A stretch of 64,000 nucleotides of DNA from Escherichia coli (GCF_046105845.1 NZ_CP151004.1); one strand, 5' to 3'. Counted from the first letter of the stretch, positions 21,391 to 34,427 are shown. A program made the numbers and translations. The notes: a model not told the origin generated them from the sequence alone.

Positions 21391-21438
21391 GGTGTACCTC
21401 GTTAATGCTGTGCCGCCCGCAGGATGACGGGCAGGCAA

Positions 21439-22407
21439 TTACTTCTGATTCAGGCTGCCTGAGAGGATGCAGAATACCCCCATCAGGTCAGCGTGACGGA
21501 TGGTGACTTCCGTCTTTTCATTCACTTTTGGCTTGGCATGGTAGGCAATCCCCAGCCCTGCCGCTTTGATCATCGGCAGGTCATTGGCTCCATCACCAAT
21601 CGCCACGGTCTGCGCCAGCGGGATTTCATACTCCTGCGCGAGGCGAGTCAGAGTTTTCGCTTTGTACTGCGCGTCTACGATGTCGCCGATCACATTGCCG
21701 GTAAATTTACCGTCCATGATCTCCAGTTCATTGGCTACCACGGTTGTCAGGCGCAGCTTGTCGCGCAGGTATTCAGCAAAGAAAGTAAAGCCACCGGAGG
21801 CAATCGCCACTTTCCAGCCCAGCGTTTCCAACTTGAGCACCAGTTGCGTTAAGCCTGGCATCAGCGGCAGATTTTCACGCACCTGTTGCAAAATGTTCGC
21901 GTCAGCGCCTTTCAGCGTCGCCACACGGCTGCGCAGGCTGGCGGTAAAATCGAGTTCGCCACGCATCGCCCGTTCGGTTACCTCCGCCACCATCTCGCCC
22001 GTTCCGGCCAGTTTGGCAATTTCATCAATACATTCAATCTGGATGGCGGTGGAGTCCATGTCCATCACCAGCAAACCCGGCGTGCGCAGGTGCGGGATTT
22101 TCCCCAGCGGGGCGACATCCAGTTGCGCTTCATGGGCCAGGCGCGTAGCCCGCGCGGTGAGTGAACCTGCCAGACGAATCACCTGATAATCTTCCACGCA
22201 CCAGGCGGCAACAATCACCATCGCCGCGCCCAGTTTGCTCTGGTATTGGGTCAGACGTTGTTTATCCAGCCCACGACCATACAGCAGCCAGCCGCTACGA
22301 CCTGCGTGGTAATCCAGTGGCATCACTTCATCACCACTTAATGAAAGAGGCAGACCCGGCCATAAAGAGACATCTTCAGGCAGGTCGCACCAGGTAATGT
22401 TAGGCAT
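21439..22407 (-). CDS. serB: Phosphoserine phosphatase SerB (322 aa)
   Basis: ORF track 21439..22545; start at MPNITWCDLPEDVSL; HAD motif DMDST. Confidence 0.9.
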   Translation of the reverse strand: MPNITWCDLPEDVSLWPGLPLSLSGDEVMPLDYHAGRSGWLLYGRGLDKQRLTQYQSKLGAAMVIVAAWCVEDYQVIRLAGSLTARATRLAHEAQLDVAPLGKIPHLRTPGLLVMDMDSTAIQIECIDEIAKLAGTGEMVAEVTERAMRGELDFTASLRSRVATLKGADANILQQVRENLPLMPGLTQLVLKLETLGWKVAIASGGFTFFAEYLRDKLRLTTVVANELEIMDGKFTGNVIGDIVDAQYKAKTLTRLAQEYEIPLAQTVAIGDGANDLPMIKAAGLGIAYHAKPKVNEKTEVTIRHADLMGVFCILSGSLNQK

Positions 22408-22512
22408 TAAGGCTCCTGTAAAATCGTTCGAAGCAGGGAAAATAACGCATGAGGCTACCTTGTATCCATTGCTTCTGGCAACATTAAGTCTCAAATTTTC
22501 AAAGGGTGGAAG

Positions 22513-23157
22513 ATGGCTCGCACAAAACTGAAATTCCGGCTGCATCGGGCAGTGATTGTCCTGTTCTGTCTTGCCTTGTTAGTGGCGCTGATGCAGGGGG
22601 CGTCATGGTTTAGTCAAAACCACCAGCGACAGCGTAATCCACAGCTGGAAGAACTGGCCCGCACCCTGGCGCGTCAGGTAACCCTGAACGTTGCACCGTT
22701 GATGCGTACCGACTCACCGGATGAAAAACGCATTCAGGCGATCCTTGATCAGTTAACGGATGAAAGCCGTATCCTCGACGCGGGCGTGTATGACGAACAA
22801 GGCGATCTTATCGCCCGTTCTGGCGAAAGCGTCGAAGTGCGCGACCGGTTGGCGCTCGACGGCAAAAAAGCGGGCGGCTATTTTAACCAGCAGATTGTCG
22901 AACCTATTGCCGGGAAAAACGGACCGCTCGGCTATCTGCGCCTGACGCTCGACACCCATACGCTCGCCACCGAAGCCCAACAGGTGGATAACACCACTAA
23001 CATTTTACGCCTGATGTTGCTGCTCTCACTGGCAATCGGCGTTGTGCTGACCCGCACGCTGCTACAGGGTAAACGCACCCGCTGGCAGCAATCGCCCTTC
23101 CTGTTAACCGCCAGCAAACCGGTGCCGGAAGAGGAAGAAAGCGAGAAAAAAGAGTGA
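22513..23157 (+). CDS. ytjB: Membrane protein YtjB (Smp), 214 aa
   Basis: ORF track; conserved position between serB and lplA. Confidence 0.85.
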   Translation: MARTKLKFRLHRAVIVLFCLALLVALMQGASWFSQNHQRQRNPQLEELARTLARQVTLNVAPLMRTDSPDEKRIQAILDQLTDESRILDAGVYDEQGDLIARSGESVEVRDRLALDGKKAGGYFNQQIVEPIAGKNGPLGYLRLTLDTHTLATEAQQVDNTTNILRLMLLLSLAIGVVLTRTLLQGKRTRWQQSPFLLTASKPVPEEEESEKKE

Positions 23158-23184
23158 CCCATTACTACAAGAAAGGAAATCGTT

Positions 23185-24201
23185 ATGTCCACATTACGCC
23201 TGCTCATCTCTGACTCTTACGATCCGTGGTTTAACCTGGCGGTGGAGGAGTGTATTTTTCGCCAGATGCCCGCCACGCAGCGCGTTCTGTTTCTCTGGCG
23301 CAATGCCGACACGGTAGTGATTGGTCGCGCACAGAACCCGTGGAAAGAGTGTAATACCCGGCGGATGGAAGAAGATAACGTCCGCCTGGCGCGGCGCAGT
23401 AGCGGTGGCGGCGCGGTGTTCCACGATCTCGGTAATACCTGCTTTACCTTTATGGCTGGCAAGCCGGAGTACGATAAAACTATCTCCACGTCGATTGTGC
23501 TTAATGCGCTGAACGCGCTCGGCGTCAGCGCCGAAGCGTCCGGACGTAACGATCTGGTGGTGAAAACCGCCGAAGGCGACCGCAAAGTCTCAGGCTCGGC
23601 CTATCGCGAAACCAAAGATCGCGGCTTCCACCACGGCACCTTGCTGCTCAATGCCGACCTTAGCCGCCTGGCAAACTATCTCAATCCGGATAAAAAGAAA
23701 CTGGCGGCGAAAGGCATTACGTCGGTACGTTCCCGAGTGACCAACCTCACCGAGCTGCTGCCGGGGATCACCCATGAGCAGGTTTGCGAGGCCATAACCG
23801 AGGCCTTTTTCGCCCATTATGGCGAGCGCGTGGAAGCAGAAATCATCTCCCCGGACAAAACGCCAGACTTGCCAAACTTCGCCGAAACCTTTGCCCGCCA
23901 GAGTAGCTGGGAATGGAACTTCGGTCAGGCTCCGGCATTCTCGCATCTGCTGGATGAACGCTTTACCTGGGGCGGTGTGGAACTGCATTTCGACGTTGAA
24001 AAAGGCCATATCACCCGCGCCCAGGTGTTTACCGACAGCCTCAACCCCGCGCCGCTGGAAGCCCTCGCCGGGCGACTGCAAGGCTGCCTGTACCGCGCGG
24101 ATATGCTGCAACAGGAGTGCGAAGCGCTGTTGGTTGACTTCCCGGAACAGGAAAAAGAGCTACGGGAGTTGTCTGCGTGGATAGCGGGGGCGGTAAGGTA
24201 A
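23185..24201 (+). CDS. lplA: Lipoate-protein ligase A (338 aa)
   Basis: ORF track; [22 protein letters not shown]... Confidence 0.92.
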   Translation: MSTLRLLISDSYDPWFNLAVEECIFRQMPATQRVLFLWRNADTVVIGRAQNPWKECNTRRMEEDNVRLARRSSGGGAVFHDLGNTCFTFMAGKPEYDKTISTSIVLNALNALGVSAEASGRNDLVVKTAEGDRKVSGSAYRETKDRGFHHGTLLLNADLSRLANYLNPDKKKLAAKGITSVRSRVTNLTELLPGITHEQVCEAITEAFFAHYGERVEAEIISPDKTPDLPNFAETFARQSSWEWNFGQAPAFSHLLDERFTWGGVELHFDVEKGHITRAQVFTDSLNPAPLEALAGRLQGCLYRADMLQQECEALLVDFPEQEKELRELSAWIAGAVR

Positions 24202-24232
24202 CTCGCTGATTTAAATATCCAGGGAAGGAAAT

Positions 24233-24496
24233 ATGAGCGATCTGGAAAACCAGGAACGGGAGATTATCAATTTAATGTTCAGCCAGGGTATATCCTGGCT
24301 AACCGCCGTGCGTATCAGGCATAAACTATCACTTGCTGAAGTAAGTAAAATGTTAGGTATCTCCATTAATTCTCTAAAACAGATCGAAAAGACGGAACGG
24401 CTTAGTTCAAACATCAAAAGCAAAATGGCAGGAATTTATGGTTGTCCACCAGAGTTGCTGATATGCCCTTCCTGGATGACGGCTGAACATAAATGA
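24233..24496 (+). CDS. 87-aa XRE-like HTH protein; likely the N-terminal HTH remnant of yjjJ (hipH-like kinase gene), with the kinase domain absent
   Basis: ORF track; ...LSLAEVSKMLGISINSLKQIEK... HTH; occupies the slot where I recall K-12 carrying yjjJ between lplA and deoD. Confidence 0.45.
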   Translation: MSDLENQEREIINLMFSQGISWLTAVRIRHKLSLAEVSKMLGISINSLKQIEKTERLSSNIKSKMAGIYGCPPELLICPSWMTAEHK

Positions 24497-24595
24497 ATAG
24501 ATTCGTGAATAGATACTTGAATGGATTTTATTTTCTATCCATATGAAAAATAATAGTGAATCTATAAATCAGTTGCTATTGATGAATAGATACTA

Positions 24596-24626
24596 AAAAG
24601 CCGGAGCAGTCTCCCGCTCCGGCTTC
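24596..24626 (-). terminator. deoD rho-independent terminator
   Basis: aaaaagccggagcagtctcccgctccggctt hairpin just downstream of deoD stop on minus strand. Confidence 0.6.
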
Positions 24627-24656
24627 ACAAGGCAATCGCCTTTCAGCAAAACACAA

Positions 24657-25376
24657 TTACTCTTTATCGCCCAGCAGAACGGATTCCAGTGCGATTTTGA
24701 TCATGTCGTTGAAGGTGGTCTGACGCTCAGCGGCAGTGGTCTGCTCGTGAGTGCGGATGTGGTCAGACACGGTACAGATGGTCAGGGCTTTCGCGCCAAA
24801 TTCTGCAGCGACGCCGTAGATACCAGCCGCTTCCATTTCCACGCCGAGGATGCCGTATTTTTCCATCACGTCGAACATTTCGCCGTCCGGAGAGTAGAAC
24901 AGGTCAGCGGAGAACAGGTTACCAACGCGAGCATCAACGCCCAGTGCTTTAGCCGCGTCTACCGCGTTACGCACCATGTCAAAGTCAGCGATAGCGGCAA
25001 AGTCATGGTCTTTAAAACGGATACGGTTAACTTTGGAATCGGTGCAGGCACCCATACCGATAACGACGTCGCGCAGTTTTACGTGCGGCAGAACAGCGCC
25101 ACAGGAGCCTACGCGGATAATTTTCTTCACGCCGAAATCGGTGATCAGTTCTTTGGTGTAGATGGAGCAGGACGGGATACCCATACCGTGCCCCATTACG
25201 GAAATTTTGCGGCCTTTGTAAGTACCAGTGAAGCCCAGCATACCGCGAACGTTGTTCACTTCACGGGCATCTTCAAGGAAAGTTTCAGCAATATACTTCG
25301 CACGCAGCGGGTCGCCTGGCATCAAAACTACGTCAGCGAAATCGCCCATTTCTGCATTAATGTGTGGGGTAGCCAT
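24657..25376 (-). CDS. deoD: Purine nucleoside phosphorylase DeoD (239 aa)
   Basis: ORF track 24657..25433; start at [31 protein letters not shown]. Confidence 0.95.
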   Translation of the reverse strand: MATPHINAEMGDFADVVLMPGDPLRAKYIAETFLEDAREVNNVRGMLGFTGTYKGRKISVMGHGMGIPSCSIYTKELITDFGVKKIIRVGSCGAVLPHVKLRDVVIGMGACTDSKVNRIRFKDHDFAAIADFDMVRNAVDAAKALGVDARVGNLFSADLFYSPDGEMFDVMEKYGILGVEMEAAGIYGVAAEFGAKALTICTVSDHIRTHEQTTAAERQTTFNDMIKIALESVLLGDKE

Positions 25377-25432
25377 TGTTTTATCCTTTTTGTGACATAA
25401 CAAAGGCGGAGTCAACGCTCCGCCCAAATCCA

Positions 25433-26677
<1,245 letters not shown>

Positions 26678-26707
26678 TCAAATTTAAATGATCAGATCAG
26701 TATACCG

Positions 26708-28030
26708 TTATTCGCTGATACGGCGATAGACAGTTGGTGTGCTTTCCGGTGCTTTATCGGCAAGTTTAATTGCCGCTTTCACCGCTTTAGCCGCTTCCTG
26801 CCAGCTGTTTTCGTCTTTCGCGTGGATAACCGCCAGCGGACGCTGACCGTCTACCTGGTCGCCCAGACGCGCCATATCAGTAAAGCCGACGCTGTAATCG
26901 ATGGTGTCAGATGCCTGACGGCGTCCGCCGCCCATTGCAACCACTGCCATCCCCAGCGCACGGGTATCCATTTCACTGACAAAACCTTCGGTATCAGCAT
27001 AGACTGCTTTCGTCAGCATCGCTGTCGGCAGATACTTCGCGTAGTTCTCAACGAAGTCGGTTGGGCCTTTTTGTGCCGCTACCATACGACCAAAGACTTC
27101 TGCCGCTTTACCGTTGTCCAGCACCGCCTGCAATTTCGCGCGTGCTTCGGCGTCATCTTTCGCCAGCTTGCCGGAGATCAGCATCTCCACGCACAGCGCC
27201 ATCGTGACATCAAACAGACGCGGGTTACGATATTCTCCCGTCAGGAACTGCACTGCTTCACGAACCTCAACCGCGTTACCTGCACTGGAGGCCAGTACCT
27301 GATTCATATCGGTGAGCAGCGCGGTGGTGCGCACGCCCGCGCCGTTAGCTACGCCAACAATCGCTTCGGCAAGGGCTTCAGAGAGTTCGTAGGTCGGCAT
27401 AAACGCGCCGCTACCCACTTTCACGTCCATCACCAGCGCGTCCAGACCTTCCGCAAGTTTCTTCGCCAGAATAGAGGCGGTGATCAGCGGGATGGAGTCC
27501 ACGGTTGCGGTAATATCGCGGGTCGCGTAGAAACGTTTATCCGCCGGAGCCAGTGAGCTGGTCTGGCCGATAATTGCCACGCCGACGTCTTTAATAATTT
27601 CGCGGAAACGGTTGTCATCCGGGAAAATGTCGAAGCCAGGGATGGATTCCAGTTTGTCGAGCGTACCGCCAGTATGACCGAGGCCGCGACCGGAGATCAT
27701 CGGAATATAGCCGCCGCAGGCTGCGACCATCGGCCCCAACATCAGCGAAGTCACATCGCCGACGCCGCCGGTCGAGTGTTTATCAACAATCGGGCCATTC
27801 AGATGCAGGCTTTTCCAGTCGAGAACGGTTCCTGAATCTCGCATCGCCATGGTCAGCGAGACACGCTCAGGCATTGTCATATCGTGGAAGAAAATGGTCA
27901 TCGCGAGGGCGGCAATCTGCCCTTCGGAGATAGTGTTGTCGCGAATACCGTTGATAAAGAAACGAATTTCTTCATCGCTCAGCGCATGACCATCACGTTT
28001 TTTACGAATAATTTCTTGTGCGAGAAACAA
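26708..28030 (-). CDS. deoA: Thymidine phosphorylase DeoA (440 aa, TTG start)
   Basis: ORF track 26708..28099; start codon TTG giving (M)[20 protein letters not shown]. Confidence 0.9.
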
Positions 28031-28107
28031 GGTAACCTCCCGTGGAAAAGAGACGAGGTAATCGGGGAACCGGATGAGCATCGCTGCGTCATCCGGCAAA
28101 TCAAGCC

Positions 28108-28887
28108 TTAGTAGCTGCTGGCGCTCTTACCGTCGCCGTGGCCCAGCGCTTTCAGCAGGCTTGCCAGCAGGCTGGAAGCACCAAAGCGGTAGTGACGCGC
28201 ATCAGCCCAGTCAGCACCGAACAGTTCATCTGCGATGGCGAGATATTTCTGCGCATCTTCCGCAGTACGCACGCCGCCCGCCGGTTTGAAACCAACGGTT
28301 TTTTCTACGCCCATATCACGGATCACTTCCATCATGATGCGCGCGCTTTCCGGCGTCGCGTTCACAGCCACTTTACCGGTAGAGGTTTTGATGAAGTCCG
28401 CACCCGCTTTGATGGAGATTTCAGACGCTTTACGGATCAGCGCTTCGTCTTTTAGTTCGCCGGTTTCGATGATCACTTTCAGCAGTACATTCGCTGCCGC
28501 GCAAGCCTCTTTACAGGCTTTCACCAGGTCAAAACCAACCTGCTCGTTACCCGCCATCAGCGCGCGGTACGGGAACACAACGTCAACTTCATCAGCACCG
28601 TAGGCGATTGCCGCACGGGTTTCTGCCAGCGCGATTTCGATGTCGTCGTTACCGTGTGGGAAGTTGGTTACCGTAGCGATACGGATTTCCGGGGTACCCT
28701 GCTCTTTCAGCGTTTTGCGAGCAATTGGGATAAAGCGAGGATAGATACAGATAGCGGCGGTATTGCCGACCGGAGTTTTGGCCTGATGACACAGAGCAAT
28801 TACTTTCTCGTCGGTGTCGTCGTCATTCAGGGTGGTCAGGTCCATCAATTTCAGTGCACGCAGGCTGCTTGCTTTCAGATCAGTCAT
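28108..28887 (-). CDS. deoC: Deoxyribose-phosphate aldolase DeoC (259 aa)
   Basis: ORF track 28108..28911; start at [29 protein letters not shown]. Confidence 0.95.
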
Positions 28888-28931
28888 TTCATTCTCCTGG
28901 CTTGTCGCCAATAAAATTCACCTTGCGAGTT

Positions 28932-28947
28932 TGTTAGTATTCTAACA
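28932..28947. promoter_or_regulatory. DeoR operator-like palindrome TGTTAGTATTCTAACA, 45 bp upstream of deoC (promoter-proximal site)
   Basis: 15 of 16 palindromic positions; matches the TGTTAGAA-TTCTAACA operator type as I recall it. Confidence 0.6.
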
Positions 28948-29144
28948 TCTACTCCGCAACACACTTCGATATACATCACAATTAAGGAAATCTACTTACA
29001 AGTTTGCATCACTGTAATGCGATCTGGTTCAAATAATTCACTTTCAAATGAATGCGTCAGTGGTGGCAAACGCATCAGGATCAAAGTGAACATCACGAAA
29101 CTTCTTACAATGGCGCATCACCTTCGGCATAAAAGGAAAAGAAG

Positions 29145-30695
29145 ATGCCCACTTCTCATGAAAATGCACTGCAACAACGTTGCCAGCAAATTGTCACCAG
29201 CCCAGTGCTTAGCCCGGAGCAGAAGCGCCATTTTCTGGCACTGGAAGCAGAAAACAATCTGCCTTACCCACAGCTTCCTGCCGAAGCCCGCCGCGCGCTG
29301 GATGAAGGTGTAATCTGCGATATGTTTGAAGGTCATGCGCCGTACAAACCGCGCTATGTCTTACCCGATTACGCCCGTTTTCTGGCGAACGGTTCCGAAT
29401 GGCTGGAGCTGGAAGGCGCGAAAGATCTTGATGATGCACTCTCTCTGCTGACCATTCTTTACCACCACGTACCGTCGGTCACATCGATGCCGGTCTACCT
29501 GGGGCAACTGGATGCGTTGTTGCAACCGTATGTTAGAATTCTAACACAAGACGAGATCGATATTCGAATAAAACGTTTCTGGCGTTACCTCGACAGAACC
29601 CTGCCAGACGCCTTTATGCACGCCAATATCGGCCCGTCTGATTCGCCCATCACCCGTGCAATCTTACGTGCAGATGCAGAGCTGAAGCAGGTTTCACCGA
29701 ACCTGACCTTTATCTACGATCCTGAAATCACCCCTGATGACCTGCTGCTGGAAGTGGCGAAGAACATCTGTGAATGTAGCAAACCGCACATCGCCAACGG
29801 TCCGGTGCATGATAAAATTTTCACAAAAGGGGGCTACGGGATTGTGAGCTGTTACAACTCACTGCCGCTGGCGGGTGGTGGCAGCACGCTGGTACGCCTT
29901 AACCTGAAAGCCATTGCCGAGCGCAGCGAATCGCTGGATGACTTCTTTACGCGCACTCTACCGCACTACTGCCAGCAGCAGATCGCCATCATCGATGCGC
30001 GGTGTGAATTCCTCTATCAACAATCACACTTCTTTGAGAATAGCTTCCTGGTGAAAGAAGGGCTGATTAACCCTGAACGTTTTGTGCCAATGTTTGGCAT
30101 GTATGGGCTGGCGGAAGCAGTTAACTTACTGTGTGAGAAAGAAGGGATTGCCGCGCGCTACGGTAAAGAAGCCGCCGCAAATGAAGTGGGTTATCGCATC
30201 AGCGCGCAACTGGCGGAGTTTGTCGCCAATACCCCCGTGAAATATGGCTGGCAAAAACGCGCCATGTTACACGCACAGTCGGGGATCAGTTCCGATATCG
30301 GCACCACGCCGGGCGCGCGTTTGCCGTATGGCGATGAGCCAGATCCGATCACCCATCTGCAAACTGTCGCCCCGCATCATGCTTATTATTATTCCGGCAT
30401 CAGCGACATTCTGACGCTCGACGAAACCATCAAACGTAATCCGCAGGCGCTGGTACAGCTTTGCCTCGGTGCCTTTAAAGCCGGAATGCGTGAATTTACC
30501 GCCAATGTCAGCGGTAACGATCTGGTTCGCGTTACTGGTTATATGGTGCGTTTGTCGGATCTGGAAAAATATCGTGCCGAAGGCTCACGTACCAACACCA
30601 CCTGGCTGGGCGAAGAGGCCGCACGTAACACTCGTATTCTGGAACGCCAGCCGCGCGTGATAAGCCATGAACAGCAGATGCGCTTTAGTCAGTAA
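29145..30695 (+). CDS. yjjI: Glycine-radical-enzyme-like protein YjjI (516 aa)
   Basis: ORF track; divergent from deoC, followed by its activase-like partner. Confidence 0.85.
   Translation: MPTSHENALQQRCQQIVTSPVLSPEQKRHFLALEAENNLPYPQLPAEARRALDEGVICDMFEGHAPYKPRYVLPDYARFLANGSEWLELEGAKDLDDALSLLTILYHHVPSVTSMPVYLGQLDALLQPYVRILTQDEIDIRIKRFWRYLDRTLPDAFMHANIGPSDSPITRAILRADAELKQVSPNLTFIYDPEITPDDLLLEVAKNICECSKPHIANGPVHDKIFTKGGYGIVSCYNSLPLAGGGSTLVRLNLKAIAERSESLDDFFTRTLPHYCQQQIAIIDARCEFLYQQSHFFENSFLVKEGLINPERFVPMFGMYGLAEAVNLLCEKEGIAARYGKEAAANEVGYRISAQLAEFVANTPVKYGWQKRAMLHAQSGISSDIGTTPGARLPYGDEPDPITHLQTVAPHHAYYYSGISDILTLDETIKRNPQALVQLCLGAFKAGMREFTANVSGNDLVRVTGYMVRLSDLEKYRAEGSRTNTTWLGEEAARNTRILERQPRVISHEQQMRFSQ
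29531..29546. promoter_or_regulatory. DeoR operator-like perfect palindrome TGTTAGAATTCTAACA, 599 bp from the proximal site and inside the predicted yjjI ORF
   Basis: Perfect 16-bp palindrome; centre-to-centre spacing 599 bp matches the deoP1-deoP2 operator spacing I recall. Confidence 0.6.
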
Positions 30696-31530
30696 GATTA
30701 TCCCCTTCTCCTGCGTTGACGGGCCAGGCAGTCGTCTGGCTCTGTTTTTGCAGGGCTGCAATCTGCGCTGCAAAAACTGTCACAATCCGTGGACGATGGG
30801 ACGTTGCAATGATTGCGGGGAGTGCGTGCCACAGTGTCCGCATCAGGCGTTGCAGATTGTTGACGGCAAAGTGGTGTGGAACGCTGTGGTCTGCGAGCAG
30901 TGTGATACCTGCCTGAAGAGGTGTCCGCAACATGCCACGCCAATGGCGCAATCCATGAGCGTGGATGAGGTGCTTAGCCATATCCACAAAGCGGTGCTGT
31001 TTATCGAAGGGATAACGGTAAGCGGCGGCGAAGCCACGACCCAACTGCCGTTTGTAGTGGCGCTGTTTACTGCTATCAAAAACGATCCGCAATTGTGCCA
31101 TCTCACCTGTCTGGTGGACAGTAATGGCATGTTGAGCGAAACCGGCTGGGAAAAATTACTCCCGGTGTGCGACGGCGCAATGCTCGATCTCAAAGCGTGG
31201 GGTAGCGAATGTCATCAACAGTTAACCGGACGCGATAATCAGCAGATTAAGCGCAGCATCTGTTTGCTGGCAGAGCGCGGTAAGCTGGCGGAACTGCGTT
31301 TGCTGGTAATCCCTGGCCAGGTGGATTATTTGCAACACATCGAAGAACTGGCGGCGTTTATCAAGGGAGTCGGCGATGTTCCGGTACGCCTGAACGCGTT
31401 TCATGCCCACGGCGTGTATGGCGAGGCGCAAAGCTGGGCGAGCGCCACGCCGGAGGATGTGGAACAACTGGCTGATGCGTTACGGGAGCGCGGGGTGAGT
31501 CGGTTAATATTTCCGGCGCTATATTTGTGA
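30667..31530 (+). CDS. yjjW: Radical SAM glycyl-radical-enzyme activase-like protein YjjW (287 aa)
   Basis: ORF track; CxxxCxxC cluster CKNCHNPW plus ferredoxin-like cysteine motifs. Confidence 0.85.
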   Translation: MNSRCALVSKIIPFSCVDGPGSRLALFLQGCNLRCKNCHNPWTMGRCNDCGECVPQCPHQALQIVDGKVVWNAVVCEQCDTCLKRCPQHATPMAQSMSVDEVLSHIHKAVLFIEGITVSGGEATTQLPFVVALFTAIKNDPQLCHLTCLVDSNGMLSETGWEKLLPVCDGAMLDLKAWGSECHQQLTGRDNQQIKRSICLLAERGKLAELRLLVIPGQVDYLQHIEELAAFIKGVGDVPVRLNAFHAHGVYGEAQSWASATPEDVEQLADALRERGVSRLIFPALYL

Positions 31531-31559
31531 CATGCCGGATGTGGCCTACGAAGGGCAAA

Positions 31560-32342
31560 CTACCCACGCATGTTAAACACCTCATTCGTATTATTAAGCA
31601 ACACTTCGGCAATCTCATCCGCGGGTTCCGGACGCAACTCGCAAAGCACGTCAAACACCCGCGCAGCCTGTTCCGGGCGGTTAGGCTGCCCCTGAAAGCC
31701 GTTGAGCGGCATATCCGGCGCGTCGGTTTCCAGCAACAACGATGCCAGCGGTAATTTTGCGATGACATCGCGGGTTTTACTGGCGCGTGGATAGGTGATA
31801 GTACCGCCTACGCCGATTTTGTAGCCCAGCAGTACAAACCGTTCGGCCTGTTGCAGGCTGCCGGAAAAACCGTGAACCACGCCAGTGCGCGATAAATCGT
31901 GGCGTTTAAGATGCATCGCCAGTTTGTCGTGTGTGCGCCGTGAATGCAGGATCACCGGCAGATCGTAGCGTTTCGCCAGTTTCAGTTGTTCGTCGAGTAA
32001 CCACTGCTGCCTCTCAAATTGCGGAGCTTCGCCGAAGAGATCCAGACCGATCTCCCCCACCGCCACCACCTTCGCCGGACGCCTTTCCAGCGCCTGCTGT
32101 AGCTGATCAAGAGACACATCGCTATGTTTTTCCAACATACCAGGATGCAAGCCCAATGCGGCATACAGCGGTTGATATTTTTCCGCTAACGCCTGCACGC
32201 GGGCAAAATTTTCCGCCTCGGTTGCCGGAACAATGATCTTGCCTACGCCCGCTTGTGCCGCGCGTTGCAGGCTGGCCTCTTCATCGCCACTAAACGGCGG
32301 GAAATCAAAATGGCAGTGGGTGTCGATAAAACGGCAAATCAA
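31560..32342 (-). CDS. yjjV: TatD-family metal-dependent hydrolase YjjV (260 aa)
   Basis: ORF track; MICRFIDTHCHFDF TatD signature. Confidence 0.85.
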   Translation of the reverse strand: MICRFIDTHCHFDFPPFSGDEEASLQRAAQAGVGKIIVPATEAENFARVQALAEKYQPLYAALGLHPGMLEKHSDVSLDQLQQALERRPAKVVAVGEIGLDLFGEAPQFERQQWLLDEQLKLAKRYDLPVILHSRRTHDKLAMHLKRHDLSRTGVVHGFSGSLQQAERFVLLGYKIGVGGTITYPRASKTRDVIAKLPLASLLLETDAPDMPLNGFQGQPNRPEQAARVFDVLCELRPEPADEIAEVLLNNTNEVFNMRG

Positions 32343-33412
32343 GCCAGATCCTCATTGTTAAATGTCGGGTCGTTCGCCTGCGGAGCATCGCTCACTTCGG
32401 CAACCAGCGTATCGTTGGCGACTGGCGCAGGCGGAATAACGATCGATTCCGGCGTCACCACTGGCACCAGATGGCGGGTAAGCGGCGCTTTTTCAGTCAA
32501 TAATTTACCGACCGTGGCGAGGAAATAACGACCGCATAAACGCCCAAGTTTATAGTCTTCACGCAGCGCCGGAATCCGACTGCCAAGCGCGATACTATGT
32601 AATGGCTTCGGCGGATAAATTTCGAATATCCGCAGCTTGCCCGGTGGTTTCTCAATAAATTGCTGAATGTCACGATAGCTGGTTTCATGATGCTGCACCA
32701 GATTGACCAGCGGCTGCAGGCTACTGTCACCCAGCCAGCGTTCCATGCGTTTGAACCACTGCGGCGTGTAGTACATTTGTGACGGCACAGTGCGGATGAC
32801 GACCAACGTTTTAGCGCCCTGCCTTGCCGCCTCTTTAACCGGAATCGCATCACTGATCCCGCCATCCAGGTAGTTAATGCCTTCCAGCGACACTCCGCTA
32901 CGATAAAAGCCAGGTATCGCACTGGAGGCGCGAATCACATCCAGCCAGTTTTGTTTGGTTGGTAAAAAGTAATTCGGCGCGTAGTCATCCTGACGACAGG
33001 CGCACATATAAAACGATTTGCCGCTGTCAAACAACCGCGCAGCGGTATCCATTTGCAACGGCATCTGGCTTGCAGTGGCCTCCACCAGCCAGTCGAGATC
33101 GATAAGATTTCCTCCACGGACAAAGCGCAATGGATCGAAAAATTCGCGTTTTGTGGTATAGCGCATGATGACTTTGCGCGCGTAACCGGGCTGATTGCAG
33201 ATATACGCCGAGAGGTTCTGCGCCCCGGCAGATGTGCCAAGATAAAGATCGAAAGGATTAAACTGCGCGCGCATAAACTCATCCAGCACGCCAGCCGTGA
33301 AAATTCCACGCTGTCCGCCGCCTTCGCACACCAGAGCTATTCGTCCAGGCTGGAACGGCCTTAGCGACAACGGCGCAATATTACCAAGCGTTACAGGTAT
33401 TCGCTGCCCCAC
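32339..33412 (-). CDS. yjjU: Patatin-like phospholipase YjjU (about 357 aa, GTG start)
   Basis: ORF track 32339..33448; patatin motifs GGGQRG and GTSAG; start position approximate. Confidence 0.78.
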   Translation of the reverse strand: MGQRIPVTLGNIAPLSLRPFQPGRIALVCEGGGQRGIFTAGVLDEFMRAQFNPFDLYLGTSAGAQNLSAYICNQPGYARKVIMRYTTKREFFDPLRFVRGGNLIDLDWLVEATASQMPLQMDTAARLFDSGKSFYMCACRQDDYAPNYFLPTKQNWLDVIRASSAIPGFYRSGVSLEGINYLDGGISDAIPVKEAARQGAKTLVVIRTVPSQMYYTPQWFKRMERWLGDSSLQPLVNLVQHHETSYRDIQQFIEKPPGKLRIFEIYPPKPLHSIALGSRIPALREDYKLGRLCGRYFLATVGKLLTEKAPLTRHLVPVVTPESIVIPPAPVANDTLVAEVSDAPQANDPTFNNEDLA

Positions 33413-33533
33413 CTCTGCCTTCCTGTTTTTGTTGTGAAAGAATGACAAAGTAACGCAATTTATTATTCGCTAAAACCGCAAAAGCCAGTCCGCTGGACTG
33501 GCTTTGGATAAAATTTTCTTAATGGTCTGAAAT

Positions 33534-33695
33534 CTAGGGTCGTTTTCGGCCCATGAACAAACTCACCAGGAACAGAATAATCCCGACGACAAAGACAATT
33601 TTAGCTGCGCCTGCAGCGGTACCGGCCAGACCACCAAACCCAAGTGCGGCGGCGATTAACGCGATAACCAGAAATATGATGCCCCAACGAAACAT
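33534..33695 (-). CDS. ytjA: Small membrane protein YtjA (DUF1328), 53 aa
   Basis: ORF track 33534..33725; start at [20 protein letters not shown]. Confidence 0.7.
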
Positions 33696-33821
33696 AAGCG
33701 TCTCCTTTACCATAGTTAATGTCACCGCTTGATATGAGCGTGAAAATCACTCAATGCGATATTTTTAGTGTGGTGCACATCGCGCCTCCCGACAAAGTTC
33801 GGGAGGACGAATTACGACGAA

Positions 33822-34427
33822 TTACTTAGTTTTCAGATCATTTTTAACGCTTTTCACACCATCTACCGCTTTGGCGATACTTTCAGCACGGTCGCTCTGT
33901 ACCTGGGAATCGACGGTACCGGAGAGCTGAACCACGCCGTCGGTGGTTTCAACTTTCACATGACGGGAAGGGACGATATCGTCCGCCAGCAGTTTGGCTT
34001 TGATTTCACTGGTGGTGGCGGTGTCACCCGCGTAGCCCTTCACAGAGCCTTCTTTAGCGTCGCGAACGTGCAGTTTGTCGCTGACAGAGGTCACGCCTTC
34101 AACGCCTTTGGCCACTTTCACTGCCTCTTCGGCCTGGGCCTGGCTTTCAACGAAACCGCTCAGGGTCACGACTTTTTGATCGGTTTTGACAGAGATATCG
34201 GTGCTCTTGATGTTGTCATGATCCACCAGGGCCGCCTTCACTTTCGCGGTGATGGCGCTGTCATCCATGAAATTACCGACTTTATTCATAGAGCTATCGA
34301 CTTTTTGCCCTGCGCTTTCATTGGTAGTCTGCGCGTTGTTTTCCGCGTAGGCAGAGCCGGTCGCGACGGCAGAGGTCAACATTACAGCCAGCAGAGTTTT
34401 CGAAATCTTCAGTCTTGTCATAGTCAT
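33822..34427 (-). CDS. osmY: Osmotically inducible periplasmic protein OsmY (201 aa, two BON domains)
   Basis: ORF track 33822..34505; start at [28 protein letters not shown] signal peptide. Confidence 0.9.
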   Translation of the reverse strand: MTMTRLKISKTLLAVMLTSAVATGSAYAENNAQTTNESAGQKVDSSMNKVGNFMDDSAITAKVKAALVDHDNIKSTDISVKTDQKVVTLSGFVESQAQAEEAVKVAKGVEGVTSVSDKLHVRDAKEGSVKGYAGDTATTSEIKAKLLADDIVPSRHVKVETTDGVVQLSGTVDSQVQSDRAESIAKAVDGVKSVKNDLKTK

